This document shows, piece after piece, positions 36,963 to 47,415 of a stretch of DNA of 64,000 nucleotides (within the stretch, counting starts at the first letter, position 1; each line of letters begins with the position of its first letter). The DNA comes from Oligoflexia bacterium (GTDB lineage: Bacteria > Bdellovibrionota > Bdellovibrionia > JABDDW01). Both the position numbers and the translations under genes were made by a program. The notes below the pieces were generated by a model. It had not been told where the DNA came from, searched no databases, and worked only from the letters and a program-made list of their open reading frames with translations. The stretch is taken from the NCBI GenBank assembly GCA_023250675.1, contig JAHFAE010000003.1, positions 4,311 through 68,310 of the forward strand, written 5' to 3'.

Positions 36963-38513
36963 TCAGGTTTCTTCTTTGGAGGGCTCAACTACTTTACCCC
37001 AAGCCCCGCCGCCCGGAGTGTTAATGACGAGAGTGTCATTGGGTTTTACTGCAAATACATTTTTCTCATTGTGAAGTTTCTTTTTTTCGCCAGACCTATT
37101 CAAGATATTTTCGCCCGATAGCCCAGCACTTCCTCCAAAAATCCCATGGGGTTTGTAGTCTCGACGATCAGAGAGCATCATGACAAATCCAGGTTCTAAA
37201 AATTTATAACCCCGAGATAAACCGTCTCCACCTTTATGCCGTCCTTCACCGCCAGACCCGTCCCTGATTCCCGAATGGATAACTTGAATAGGGTAATCGG
37301 ATTCGATATCTTCGATAGAAGATGCGGGAGTATTATGAAGACTGGCATTGATGGCGTCGGACCCGTCTTTAGATTTAGAAGCACCTGCGCCTGAGCCCAA
37401 AGTATCGATCATGACTTTATCTTTAAATTTCATTAATGTAATATTTGACGAACTCCCATTCAAAGCAGGAGTTTCAAGAGGTAAAGCCTTACTCAAGCAT
37501 CCAATGAGGACATCGGCGATTCGGTTAGAAGTTTCATAATATCCGCCCAACATAGGGGCCGGCCCTGTTCCGTTGACAATTGTTCCTTCGGGGGCTTCCA
37601 CCACAAAGGCGTTGAACGCACCACTGTTAATGGGAATATCATGTTTTAAAAGGCATCTAAAAAACCAAAAACAAGTACTTAGCGTCATGGCGTAATTGCA
37701 ATTAAACGGGCCCTTAACTTGTTTTGAGCTACCTTGAAAACTCACCAAAATATTCTCGCCCTGAACGCTGAGTCGACATTGAATACGCACGGGAGTTTTT
37801 TCTATACCGTCGTTATCCAGAAAATCATGGGCTGTATACTCGCCATCGGGTATTTCATGAATTGCCTTTTTCATGGATTTTTCAGAATATTTTCTTAAAG
37901 CAGCTATCCCTGAATTCAATTTCTCTGCTCCCATTTGAGTTTCAAGAAGCGAGAGTCGGTGGATGGCAGTTTTCAACGATGACTTAGCTTCATTGACCTT
38001 TTGAATGAGGTTATCCCTAGAAATTCCTGCCTGACAAAGATAGTCAACGATGGCCTCATTTAAACCGTTTTCGTCTTCGAACGGCGCAGGCGGAACTCGA
38101 AACCCCTCGTCTTCAATAGACGTTGCCATTTTATCTAGTTTTTTGTTTAAAAGCGTAGGCACACCGATTTGAAGGACAAGATAGTATCTCAAATCCCCCG
38201 CTTGGGAGCGCCCATAACAAGCTTGGATAAACAAGAGATCACAGAGTCTTGTATTACCGCTCCCCGGATCATTGGTAACAAAAAGTTCGCCGACCTTCGG
38301 AACCACATATTTTTTTAACGATTTAATAACAGCTTCAGGAGTTGCAAAATGAAGTGGGTCGCTGCCGATTACTTGAACCAATTCTCCCTTAGAATCAACT
38401 ATGGCGCCTGTGAGTTCACCAGAAAACGGAGCGACTAGAGACTTAAGAACAGAATTTAATTTAGTATTGAGCTCTTGCATTTGAAAACTATCAAGGCTCA
38501 TGGGTTTCACCAT
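36963..38513 (-). CDS. hydantoinase B/oxoprolinase-family protein
   Basis: HyuB-type domain. Overlaps the upstream HyuA-like gene. Confidence 0.7.
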   Translation of the reverse strand: MVKPMSLDSFQMQELNTKLNSVLKSLVAPFSGELTGAIVDSKGELVQVIGSDPLHFATPEAVIKSLKKYVVPKVGELFVTNDPGSGNTRLCDLLFIQACYGRSQAGDLRYYLVLQIGVPTLLNKKLDKMATSIEDEGFRVPPAPFEDENGLNEAIVDYLCQAGISRDNLIQKVNEAKSSLKTAIHRLSLLETQMGAEKLNSGIAALRKYSEKSMKKAIHEIPDGEYTAHDFLDNDGIEKTPVRIQCRLSVQGENILVSFQGSSKQVKGPFNCNYAMTLSTCFWFFRCLLKHDIPINSGAFNAFVVEAPEGTIVNGTGPAPMLGGYYETSNRIADVLIGCLSKALPLETPALNGSSSNITLMKFKDKVMIDTLGSGAGASKSKDGSDAINASLHNTPASSIEDIESDYPIQVIHSGIRDGSGGEGRHKGGDGLSRGYKFLEPGFVMMLSDRRDYKPHGIFGGSAGLSGENILNRSGEKKKLHNEKNVFAVKPNDTLVINTPGGGAWGKVVEPSKEET

Positions 38514-39837
38514 CTAGAATTTTAGAAGAAAATTTGCACGAACCACGTTCCGTTAGTTTTTCAAAGGCGCCCTTGGGGATTTCTTTTAGTAAACCTATGG
38601 TGGGACTCCACTGACTCAAAACCTCAACGTCAAATTTTCTGAAAGCTGATTTAGAAATTATAGGAGTAGCCATAAGATTGGCGAACCAGCCGTCGAATGT
38701 AACTTTACAATCGACATGAGAAAAATGAAACTCCTCCATCAAAAGGGATATTTCGGTAGCAATATATACAGCTCCTAGTTCATTAAACATCTCAGCGCAC
38801 GATTCCGGAGTGACCCGAAGCTGTTTTGCCAAAGGCGCTAGCACTCTTTGAACGCGGGACTGATCAAATTTTATCCGAGGAGAATCGTCCAAAGTCAGTT
38901 TAGAAGAATAAGCCAAAGTATCAAAATAAGTCAGGGCAAGCCCTTTTCCTAAAATCACCGGTCCGGGTTCACTGCCCACTTTGGCTGGCCCTACATGTGC
39001 CATACCGGCTTCGTCTAATCCCATCATACTTAAAGGTGAAACCTTTAGTCTTTTTCGTGCAATACGTTTACCATCGCGAACCAGCGCTGTAATAATACGA
39101 TCTTCAAGACAAGTAATAAAAATTTGGTCTCCATCACCGGATTTTCTAAAATCAGCCGCCAGATCAATATTTTTCTTTGTGAATCCCAATTTTTCAAATT
39201 CGTTGTGAAATTCTTCTAGCACGGGACCTATGAATGACTTTTGTGCTGCCTTTTTAAAGCGCACTTGCTCGTTACCTTCAAACTCATGAGAACAAGAGAC
39301 AAAATATCCCTTTTCACGGACTCGGCTCGCCAGTTGTAATTCGTGTGACTTGTTTTTATTAGAGTGGAGTAAACAGATGGCTATGGATTTAATTTCACTT
39401 AAACTCAATTTACTTAAGACAAAATCAATCTCTTTTTCGTCGAGATTCACTTCAACCAAACCATTTGCAAGAGTTCGTTCAGTCACTCCAAACGAAAGAT
39501 CGTGAGAAATGAGAGGAGTAGGTTTTGAAGGTTGGAAGCTAAATAATTTCTCTCTGGATTGATTTCCAATTTCTAAAACATTTTCGAACCCCTCAGTTGC
39601 TAGGAGTGCCGTGGTGGCCCCCCATCGTTCGCGCAGAGCAACGCGCTCAAAGTCTGATGAAATGGCAAGGACTACGGTGGTTCTGTCAATGGGGGGAAGA
39701 GTGACTAAGGCTTCGTTAAAGCCACTAATAAGAGAATCTTTGCGGTTGGCCGAACGACAGGCGAAGGCCTGCTTTCCATCGGTTGCAACAAGATCGACAA
39801 ACATTTCGCGGATATTTGCGGCTATTTGCCACGACAT
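38491..39837 (-). CDS. hydantoinase A/oxoprolinase-family protein (short, atypical N-terminus)
   Basis: Hydantoinase_A-like actin-fold regions, but the canonical N-terminal GIDVGGTFTD is not evident. Confidence 0.55.
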   Translation of the reverse strand: MSWQIAANIREMFVDLVATDGKQAFACRSANRKDSLISGFNEALVTLPPIDRTTVVLAISSDFERVALRERWGATTALLATEGFENVLEIGNQSREKLFSFQPSKPTPLISHDLSFGVTERTLANGLVEVNLDEKEIDFVLSKLSLSEIKSIAICLLHSNKNKSHELQLASRVREKGYFVSCSHEFEGNEQVRFKKAAQKSFIGPVLEEFHNEFEKLGFTKKNIDLAADFRKSGDGDQIFITCLEDRIITALVRDGKRIARKRLKVSPLSMMGLDEAGMAHVGPAKVGSEPGPVILGKGLALTYFDTLAYSSKLTLDDSPRIKFDQSRVQRVLAPLAKQLRVTPESCAEMFNELGAVYIATEISLLMEEFHFSHVDCKVTFDGWFANLMATPIISKSAFRKFDVEVLSQWSPTIGLLKEIPKGAFEKLTERGSCKFSSKILDGETHEP

Positions 39838-39916
39838 TTCTTGACTCCTGACTAAGTGGCGATAGATTATGTGAGCAATTACAGTGATTCAAGAAAACAA
39901 TTAACGGGGAATCTCT

Positions 39917-40588
39917 TTGAATTCATTTGTGGTCACCATCGATGGGCCCGCGGGAAGCGGCAAGTCCACAGTAAGCGCTATGCTTGCAAAGCGCTTGAAA
40001 TTTAGGTTTTTGACTACGGGGGCGTTCTATCGGGGCCTCGCTATTCTTTGTAGCCAGAAAAATGCTGATCTTCATGACGCGGCAGCTGTGGTTCGTCTCG
40101 TTGAAAAACCAGGAATCCAAGTCACTGCCGACGAAAATGGTACTCAAGTTAGAATCGAAGGAAAAAATGTTTCAGACCAACTTAATTCTGAAAAAGTAGC
40201 GGCCATCGCAAGTAAAATCTCGAGTATCCCCGAAGTAAGAAAAGCACTCCTTCAAGCTCAACGTGAATTTCAATCCACCGGTGGGTTAATTGCTGAAGGC
40301 CGAGATTGTGGAACGGTGGTTTTTCCCGACGCCCAAGTAAAAATTTTTCTTACGGCAAATCTTGACACAAGGGTTATGCGACGTTCTATCGAGGTAAAAT
40401 CTTCTAACAGCAATGATTTGGCTAAAGATCTGGCCAATCGCGACCAAGCCGATACCCAAAGAAAAGTAGCCCCGCTGTCGAAGGCCATCGATGCGGTTGA
40501 AATAGATACGTCTTCCTTGAGTATTGGACAAGTTGCTGATAGAATCGAGGCCATAGTGAGGGATAAGTGGCGTCAACACAAGATTTAG
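39917..40588 (+). CDS. cmk: cytidylate kinase
   Basis: TIDGPAGSGKST P-loop. Confidence 0.85.
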   Translation: MNSFVVTIDGPAGSGKSTVSAMLAKRLKFRFLTTGAFYRGLAILCSQKNADLHDAAAVVRLVEKPGIQVTADENGTQVRIEGKNVSDQLNSEKVAAIASKISSIPEVRKALLQAQREFQSTGGLIAEGRDCGTVVFPDAQVKIFLTANLDTRVMRRSIEVKSSNSNDLAKDLANRDQADTQRKVAPLSKAIDAVEIDTSSLSIGQVADRIEAIVRDKWRQHKI

Positions 40589-41487
40589 GCCTTAACGAAC
40601 CTGAGATTGAACAAACTCATCAGCTTTCGACCCAAACTAAGAAATTTGAAATTCGAATCGCAAAAACAGCCGGCATTTGTTTTGGCGTCGAACGAGCTCT
40701 AAATCTAAGTGAAAAGGCTATCAAAGAAAAATCAGGTCCATTGGCGTCTTTGGGTCCAATTATTCATAATCCTCAAAAAGTTGCAGAGTTATCAGAGCGT
40801 GGAATGGATGTGGCAGAAGATCTCAGCTCCCTATCGGGGACCGTTGTTTTTAGAAGCCATGGAGTTCCTATTGAAACTCAAAGTCTGGCTTTAGCCCGCG
40901 GACTAAATATTGTTGATGCAACATGCCCCTTAGTGAAAGTTCCCCAAAATTTTGCTCGTAAACTCTCCCAAAACGGATATTTCGTTGTCATTGTGGGTGA
41001 CAAGGCTCATCCCGAGATTAAAGGTGTGATGAGCTATGTTCAAAATGGTGAGGTCGCCGTCATTAAATCCGAAGCCGAAGTTCAGGGGCTGCCTGAAAAA
41101 GAAAAGGTAGGAATTATTTGCCAAACAACTCTTAATAAAAGTGTATTTGAAAGGGTGATTGAAAAGTGCCGTGCTCGATTTAAAGAAGTTAAAGTTTATA
41201 ATACTATTTGTAGCGCTACCCGCGATCGCCAGGCCGCAGCTGCTGAATTGGCAGTGGAAGCGGATTGCATGATCGTTATTGGTGGCAGAAATTCATCTAA
41301 TACCCAAAAACTTCTAGATATTTGCAAAGATTCTTTGTCGCGGGCTTTTTTAGTTGAAACCCAAGAAGAAATTAGGCCCGAATGGCTAGAAGGCTCCAAA
41401 GTTGTTGGCATCACAGCAGGCGCCAGCACGCCCCACCTCTTGATTGAAAAAATCAGGGGTTGCCTGGCCCAAATGGGGAACGCCTAA
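40567..41487 (+). CDS. ispH: 4-hydroxy-3-methylbut-2-enyl diphosphate reductase
   Basis: Three conserved Cys regions (GICFGV, ATCPLV, NTICSAT). Confidence 0.85.
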   Translation: MASTQDLGLNEPEIEQTHQLSTQTKKFEIRIAKTAGICFGVERALNLSEKAIKEKSGPLASLGPIIHNPQKVAELSERGMDVAEDLSSLSGTVVFRSHGVPIETQSLALARGLNIVDATCPLVKVPQNFARKLSQNGYFVVIVGDKAHPEIKGVMSYVQNGEVAVIKSEAEVQGLPEKEKVGIICQTTLNKSVFERVIEKCRARFKEVKVYNTICSATRDRQAAAAELAVEADCMIVIGGRNSSNTQKLLDICKDSLSRAFLVETQEEIRPEWLEGSKVVGITAGASTPHLLIEKIRGCLAQMGNA

Positions 41488-41607
41488 TTATTCCCATAAA
41501 CCCTTTGACTTTAAACACTTAGCTCCTGTATAAATGTCGATTCCGAGCAAAGAAAAAAGAGGCATAATGGTGTGCCCCGTAACCCTTCGCTTGAGAGAGA
41601 TTTTCTG

Positions 41608-43422
41608 ATGACTCCTACTGAATCCCCCTTAAAAAAAGGCGAAAAAATGTCCAAAGCCGAAGCGGCTCGTCGCGCTGTATTGGCAGAACTTGAAGCCGAA
41701 GAAGCCAAAGAAAGTAATGGCAAAGATAAATCAAACACTTTTGCTGAACTATTTGAAGCCAGTGTTAAAGAACGCGATTTCAATGTGGGCGATGTGGTTT
41801 CTGGCCGTGTGCTTGAAGTTAACTCAGATTTTGTCTTAGTAGATATCAATTATAAGTCAGAGGGTTTGATTCCCTTTAGCGAATTCCAAACAGCTGAAGG
41901 CAAACCCGATATTAAACCCGGCGACGCTGTTCAGGTTTATATAGATAAAGTGGAAAATGAAAATGGCATGGTCGTTTTGTCAAAAGACAAAGCCGACATG
42001 CTTAAAGCGTGGAATGATATCAGCCAAGCCTGCGAGCGCGAAGAGCTTGTTGAAGGCACGATCATCGCAAAAGTCAAAGGCGGTTTAAGTGTTGATATTG
42101 GAGTTAAAGCATTTTTGCCCGGCTCACAAATTGATTTAAGGCCTGTAAGAAACTTAGATCAGTTTTTGGGTAAAAAACTAAAATTTAAAGTTATTAAATT
42201 TAATAAAAAGCGGGGCAACATTGTACTGTCCAGGCGAGCTCTTCTTGAAAAAGAGAGAGAACACCTTAAGCACCAAACACTAGAAACAATAAGAGAAGGC
42301 CAAATAGTAGATGGTATTGTGAAAAACATTACAGATTACGGCGCGTTTATTGATTTGGGTGGAATGGATGGACTCCTTCATATCACCGATATGAGTTGGG
42401 GCCGTGTGAAACATCCCTCTCAAATTCTCAACATTGGAGATGAAATTAAGGTAAAAGTTCTCAAATACGACACTGAGCGAGAGCGAGTGAGCCTAGGACT
42501 TAAGCAATTACAACCCGATCCGTGGGAGAACGTTCAGGCCCGATACGCCGTTAGTCAAAAACTTTCAGGCAAAATTGTGAGTCTAGCTGACTACGGTGCT
42601 TTTGTAGAACTTGAAGAGGGTGTAGAAGGTCTCATTCACGTTTCTGAGATGAGTTGGACACAAAGAGTAAAGCACCCTTCAAAAATTGTGGCCATTGATG
42701 ACACAGTGAATGTCATTGTTTTAGATGTAGATATTGCTAATCGTCGAATCAGCCTTGGAATGAAGCAACTTGAAGTAAATCCCTGGGTTGCCCTCAAAGA
42801 CAAGTATCCTTCAGGAACTGTTATTGAAGGCCAAATTAAATCTATCACAGACTTTGGTATCTTTATCGGCATTGAAGAAGGAATCGATGGGCTAGTCCAC
42901 ATCAGTGATTTCTCGTGGACAAAGCGAGTGAACCACCCCTCAGAAGTTTATAAAAAAGGCGATATGGTTAAAGCAGTTGTTTTGGCCGTAGATATGGAAA
43001 ATGAGCGCTTCAGCCTTGGGATCAAGCAATTAGAAAAAGATCCGTGGGCTGATGTGGCACAGAAGTATTCTGTTGGCACTCAGCTTGAAGTAAAAGTCAC
43101 GAAGACTGCAGATTTTGGCATCTTTGTTGAGCTCGAACCTGAAATCGAAGGTCTCATTCATATTAGCGAACTTTCTATGGAGCGTGTGGAAAAAACTGAA
43201 GATGTGGCTAAGCCCGGTGACACTCTAAGGGCTGAAGTTATCAGTATTGATCGAGATGCTCGAAAGATTGGTTTAAGTGCGAAGCAAGTCACGGTCAAGG
43301 GTGATCGGGCAGAAATTCAAAAATACTCCTCTGGAAGTGGGGCCAAAGGTTCGGCAAAAACAAGTCTTGGGGATTTGTTTGGCGACCAGCTTAAACCCAT
43401 AAAACCAGACGAAAAGAACTAA
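41608..43422 (+). CDS. rpsA: 30S ribosomal protein S1
   Basis: Six S1 repeats. Follows cmk. The start could be 41608 or 41647. Confidence 0.85.
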   Translation: MTPTESPLKKGEKMSKAEAARRAVLAELEAEEAKESNGKDKSNTFAELFEASVKERDFNVGDVVSGRVLEVNSDFVLVDINYKSEGLIPFSEFQTAEGKPDIKPGDAVQVYIDKVENENGMVVLSKDKADMLKAWNDISQACEREELVEGTIIAKVKGGLSVDIGVKAFLPGSQIDLRPVRNLDQFLGKKLKFKVIKFNKKRGNIVLSRRALLEKEREHLKHQTLETIREGQIVDGIVKNITDYGAFIDLGGMDGLLHITDMSWGRVKHPSQILNIGDEIKVKVLKYDTERERVSLGLKQLQPDPWENVQARYAVSQKLSGKIVSLADYGAFVELEEGVEGLIHVSEMSWTQRVKHPSKIVAIDDTVNVIVLDVDIANRRISLGMKQLEVNPWVALKDKYPSGTVIEGQIKSITDFGIFIGIEEGIDGLVHISDFSWTKRVNHPSEVYKKGDMVKAVVLAVDMENERFSLGIKQLEKDPWADVAQKYSVGTQLEVKVTKTADFGIFVELEPEIEGLIHISELSMERVEKTEDVAKPGDTLRAEVISIDRDARKIGLSAKQVTVKGDRAEIQKYSSGSGAKGSAKTSLGDLFGDQLKPIKPDEKN

Positions 43423-43428
43423 GAATTT

Positions 43429-43458
43429 GGGCCACCATTTGGTGGCCTTATTTTTTCT
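43429..43458 (+). terminator. rho-independent terminator after rpsA
   Basis: ggccaccatttggtggcc followed by a T-run. Confidence 0.55.
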
Positions 43459-43478
43459 TAACTTTAATTAGGTGAAAA

Positions 43479-44396
43479 ATGAAAAAAAATCCCTGGGTCA
43501 TTGCATTCTCATTGATTGGACTTTGTTTTGTCTTGGTCTTAATTGCGTTTGGTGCCGCCATGTATACGGCGTTTGGGGAGAGAAATCCCTCCGTCGCCAA
43601 TAACTCGGTTTTAGTTTTAGAGGTTAAGGGGGTCATAATGGAGAGTAAGACCTTCATTAAACTTCTACAAAAATACCGCGATGATCGAGATATCAAAGCC
43701 ATTGTCATCTATTTTAATTCACCTGGCGGCGTAGTGGGCCCCAGCCAAGAAATGTACGATGAAGTTTTAAAGACAAAACAAATGGGTAAACATGTTGTGG
43801 CAAGTCTTGGCAGTTTAGCTGCCAGTGGAGCTTATTATGTAGCAGCAGCATGTGAAAAAATTGTGACTAATCCCGGGACCATCACCGGTAGTATCGGTGT
43901 CATCATGGAATTTGCAAACTTGAGTAGACTCTATGATTGGGCAAAAATTGAACGCTATGTTGTAAAGAGTGGCCCCTATAAAGATATTGGAAGTGAATTT
44001 CGGACGATGACTCCAACAGAAAAAAGTATTGTTCAAAACATGATTGATAATGTCTATTCCCAATTTAAACGAGCCGTAGCTACGGGGCGTGGAATGAAGC
44101 TAGAAGACGTGGCTAAACTTGCCGATGGTCGAATCTATAGTGGTGAGCAGGCCGTAAAAAATGGGCTTGCTGATAGCTTGGGGGGTCTTCAAGAGGCCGT
44201 AGAGCAAGCGGCAAAATTAGCTGGAGTAAAAGGAAAACCAGAGATGTTTTTCCCCCAGCAGCATCATCGTCGTATTTGGGATTATATTATGGAAAAAGAT
44301 GAAGATGATGATCTCTTCGGGGCTATTACGAAAAGAATTTTTGGATTAGATCTTGTCGGCAAACCACTTTTTTTAATGTCGGGATTTAGATTTTGA
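43479..44396 (+). CDS. sppA: signal peptide peptidase SppA (36K type)
   Basis: N-terminal TM helix and a ClpP/crotonase-like fold with the Ser/Lys dyad region. Confidence 0.75.
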   Translation: MKKNPWVIAFSLIGLCFVLVLIAFGAAMYTAFGERNPSVANNSVLVLEVKGVIMESKTFIKLLQKYRDDRDIKAIVIYFNSPGGVVGPSQEMYDEVLKTKQMGKHVVASLGSLAASGAYYVAAACEKIVTNPGTITGSIGVIMEFANLSRLYDWAKIERYVVKSGPYKDIGSEFRTMTPTEKSIVQNMIDNVYSQFKRAVATGRGMKLEDVAKLADGRIYSGEQAVKNGLADSLGGLQEAVEQAAKLAGVKGKPEMFFPQQHHRRIWDYIMEKDEDDDLFGAITKRIFGLDLVGKPLFLMSGFRF

Positions 44397-44421
44397 ATTT
44401 AAAACTGAAACTGAAAAGAAG

Positions 44422-44964
44422 ATGAAAAAGACTGAAAAGAAAGTTGAATTTAAATCTCCAAAGAGTACTGATGAAAATCCGCGATTACCGGTGATATTTG
44501 CTCCATGGCGAAATTCATATATAAAACGAGATCAAAGCTTAAAGGGCTGTGTATTTTGTGATGGTCTAAAAAAAGGTGTGAGTTTTGAATCTCTCATTGT
44601 TTACAGCGCAAAAACTTGTTCGATATTCTTAAATAAATTTCCTTACAATAATGGGCATCTCTTGGTTATCCCCCATCGCCATACTCCAGATCTAGCTTCT
44701 CTGAATAAAGAAGAATTCAACGAGCTTCATGAAGTTTTGCTAAAAGCTCATAGCGCCATTATTAAATCTCATAACCCCCAAGGTATTAATATTGGCCTGA
44801 ATTTGGGCCGGGCCGCTGGCGCGGGTATCATTGACCACTTGCATTATCACCTAGTGCCCCGTTGGAGCGGAGATACTAATTTCATGCCCATTATAGGTGG
44901 GACAAAAGTCATTTCTGAAGAACTTGAGCAAACCTACAATAAACTGTTACCCTTGTTAGTATGA
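44422..44964 (+). CDS. HIT-family hydrolase
   Basis: Histidine triad HLHYHLVPR. Confidence 0.75.
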   Translation: MKKTEKKVEFKSPKSTDENPRLPVIFAPWRNSYIKRDQSLKGCVFCDGLKKGVSFESLIVYSAKTCSIFLNKFPYNNGHLLVIPHRHTPDLASLNKEEFNELHEVLLKAHSAIIKSHNPQGINIGLNLGRAAGAGIIDHLHYHLVPRWSGDTNFMPIIGGTKVISEELEQTYNKLLPLLV

Positions 44965-45377
44965 ATGCGCCCGAAATTGAAGTCGATCATATTGGAATTG
45001 CTGTGGAGACCCATGGTGGGCTTAGGTTTTGGGAGTTATTAGGATTAGAAAAAAATGCTCCCGTAGAATTAGTTCAAGACCAAAAAGTCAAAGTCAAAAT
45101 GCTTCCCATGAAAAATTCGGCAAACTTAGAATTTCTTGAACCCACTGAATCTGCCAGCACCGTCGCAAAATTTATTACAAAACGGGGGCCTGGAATTCAC
45201 CATGTTTGCCTTAGGGTAAAAAATATTGAAGAAGTACTAAGAAAATTAAAAGGCGGAGGCATTAAACTCATAAACGAAACGCCAGTTGCTGGGGCAAATG
45301 GAGCGCGGGTGGCGTTTGTTCATCCTTCGTCAACTGGGGGAGTACTTGTTGAACTTTCTCAAAGTTTGGGCCATTAA
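44961..45377 (+). CDS. VOC-family methylmalonyl-CoA epimerase-like protein
   Basis: Glyoxalase/VOC fold with H/E metal ligands (HIGIAV..., HHVCLRV). Confidence 0.6.
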   Translation: MNAPEIEVDHIGIAVETHGGLRFWELLGLEKNAPVELVQDQKVKVKMLPMKNSANLEFLEPTESASTVAKFITKRGPGIHHVCLRVKNIEEVLRKLKGGGIKLINETPVAGANGARVAFVHPSSTGGVLVELSQSLGH

Positions 45378-46157
45378 ATGGTGAGAAGACAGGTCCCTCC
45401 GGAGTTTCAACAGATAATGCCATTAACAGAGGTTGTAAAAGTGCTCATTATAACTACTGTTAGCATTTGGTTTGTAGGAAACGTCGTAGTAGAACAATAC
45501 TTACTTTCTGAACCAAGAATCACCATGTTTTTCGCGCTTACGCCTCTCAGTCTGGTCAGAGATTTTTATATTTGGCAGCCCGTTACCTACCTTTTCGTTC
45601 ATTCGCCAAATCCCATGCATATCATTTTCAATCTACTTCTCTTGTGGTGGCTGGGAAGTGAGCTTGAGAGGCTCTGGGGTGGGCGGTTTTTTACACTATT
45701 TTATTTTGTTTCAGGTGTTGGGGCAGGGCTTCTTTATTGCCTTGGAGCTTTTATCTACGCCCTTGTTTCGACCCGCTCAGAAGTTATGATCGGTCTTTCA
45801 ACGCCGGTTATCGGCGCGTCATCTGCCATATTTGGCCTTATGGTGGCTTACGGGATGGTTTTTGGGGAGCGGGTGGTGTATTTCATGTTCTTTTTCCCCA
45901 TGAAATCCAAGTATTTTGTGGCTATTTTAGGGGCTATTGAAGTCGTCTTAATCTTGAACAATGGCCTTGTTCAGGGTAAGGTGGCCAACCTAGCACATGT
46001 TTGTGGACTGGTTTCAGGGTATGTTTTCTTGAAAGTTTGGCCCTATTTTGGCGGCGGTCGGTCGGGAACAACTAAGAAACCCAAGTCTCGAAAACTAAAG
46101 TTAGTGGTTAATAACGAAGAGTTTACTGAAAACGAAAAGCCCAAGTATTGGAATTGA
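45378..46157 (+). CDS. rhomboid-family intramembrane serine protease
   Basis: GASSAIFGL (GxSx) and a downstream His within a TM helix. Confidence 0.75.
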   Translation: MVRRQVPPEFQQIMPLTEVVKVLIITTVSIWFVGNVVVEQYLLSEPRITMFFALTPLSLVRDFYIWQPVTYLFVHSPNPMHIIFNLLLLWWLGSELERLWGGRFFTLFYFVSGVGAGLLYCLGAFIYALVSTRSEVMIGLSTPVIGASSAIFGLMVAYGMVFGERVVYFMFFFPMKSKYFVAILGAIEVVLILNNGLVQGKVANLAHVCGLVSGYVFLKVWPYFGGGRSGTTKKPKSRKLKLVVNNEEFTENEKPKYWN

Positions 46158-46175
46158 CATAGGAGATTTTTAAAA

Positions 46176-46460
46176 ATGGCAAAACTAAATGTAAATCCCT
46201 TTGAATTTGATTCTCGAATGATGGAGTGGAATTTAAAACATAACACCATCACCAAAGAACAATTGAATACTTACCTTGCGAGTCTTCCTGACGACGCGGC
46301 CAATGCAGAAGCTCTTGAAATTAAAGAAGAAGCTCCACCTCGTTACACCTCGCCTCATTTAATGATGGAATCCAATGGCAGCAACGGATCCCATGACGAG
46401 TATGGCGACGAAGATTTTGATGGCGATGACGACTTGGCTGACGATACGGACAAAGCCTAA
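46176..46460 (+). CDS. hypothetical protein with an acidic C-terminal tail
   Basis: 94 aa ending DEDFDGDDDLADDTDKA. Confidence 0.4.
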   Translation: MAKLNVNPFEFDSRMMEWNLKHNTITKEQLNTYLASLPDDAANAEALEIKEEAPPRYTSPHLMMESNGSNGSHDEYGDEDFDGDDDLADDTDKA

Positions 46461-46470
46461 GAATTTCATT

Positions 46471-46725
46471 TTGCTTAAGCCATTTGTTTTCTTTGCAATA
46501 AAATCTTATAGAATCTTAGCCTTTGTACTTTTGGGGCCATTCGTTTTTGAATGGGCGTTTGCAATGCCCGAATATTCAGTGCGTGAAGGCAAGCAGTGCA
46601 TCTACTGCCATGTGAATGCCAAAGGTGGCCCTTTGAATGCTCGGGGACGCTACTATGGTGAACACTTTAACTTTGATGGTTTTGCGGCCAAGAAAAAGCA
46701 TAGGAGAGCTAAAGTTTCTCGCTGA
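46471..46725 (+). CDS. small secreted CxxCH-motif protein (possible mono-heme c-type cytochrome-like peptide)
   Basis: A possible TTG start gives a signal peptide (...VLLGPFVFEWAFA). The mature ~55 aa contains CIYCH. The start is uncertain. Confidence 0.3.
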   Translation: MLKPFVFFAIKSYRILAFVLLGPFVFEWAFAMPEYSVREGKQCIYCHVNAKGGPLNARGRYYGEHFNFDGFAAKKKHRRAKVSR

Positions 46726-46851
46726 GATCAGAATTGTTTGATTTGCCATTGAGGGCCCCAATTAACTGACACTGGTACAATAATCATTCCTTGACCATCT
46801 TCTTTTAGAGTCCTATAAAATCTCTGAAACTAAGTCATTGGAGGTTCACAT

Positions 46852-47316
46852 ATGTCAGGTGTAAATAAAGTCATTATTGTTGGTCGTCTAGGTACAGATC
46901 CAGAATTGCGCTACACTCCCGGTGGACAAGCTGTAGCCAAACTCAGCGTCGCCACCAGTGAGAACTGGAACGACAAACAAGGACAAAAACAAGAACGCAC
47001 CGAATGGCACCGCGTGGTGGTCTGGGGAAAATTGGCTGAAGTCTGTGGCCAACATCTTTCAAAGGGTCGCCAAGTTTATGTTGAAGGACGCCTTCAAACC
47101 CGTTCGTGGGACGATAAAACTTCGGGGCAGAAAAAATATGCCACTGAAATTGTCGCCAACACTGTTCAATTCCTAGGTGCAGCAACAGGTGGAGCCGCCG
47201 GTGCAGGGGTCGCAAGTCGCGGTCCTGAAGCTGAAGCAAGTGGTAAAACTACAGAATCCGATGTGGGTTTTGTGCCTGAGCCAGCATTTGATTCAGACGA
47301 AGAAATTCCTTTTTAA
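46852..47316 (+). CDS. ssb: single-stranded DNA-binding protein
   Basis: OB-fold at the N-terminus, a Gly-rich linker and an acidic C-terminus DSDEEIPF. Confidence 0.9.
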   Translation: MSGVNKVIIVGRLGTDPELRYTPGGQAVAKLSVATSENWNDKQGQKQERTEWHRVVVWGKLAEVCGQHLSKGRQVYVEGRLQTRSWDDKTSGQKKYATEIVANTVQFLGAATGGAAGAGVASRGPEAEASGKTTESDVGFVPEPAFDSDEEIPF

Positions 47317-47415
47317 AACCGTCTAGAATATCGACATTTTGGATCAAACACTTTTTGGTTTGAGCCTATTAATAACGCCATGTTCTGGGCTATACTAAGG
47401 TCAAGGTAATTTGCT

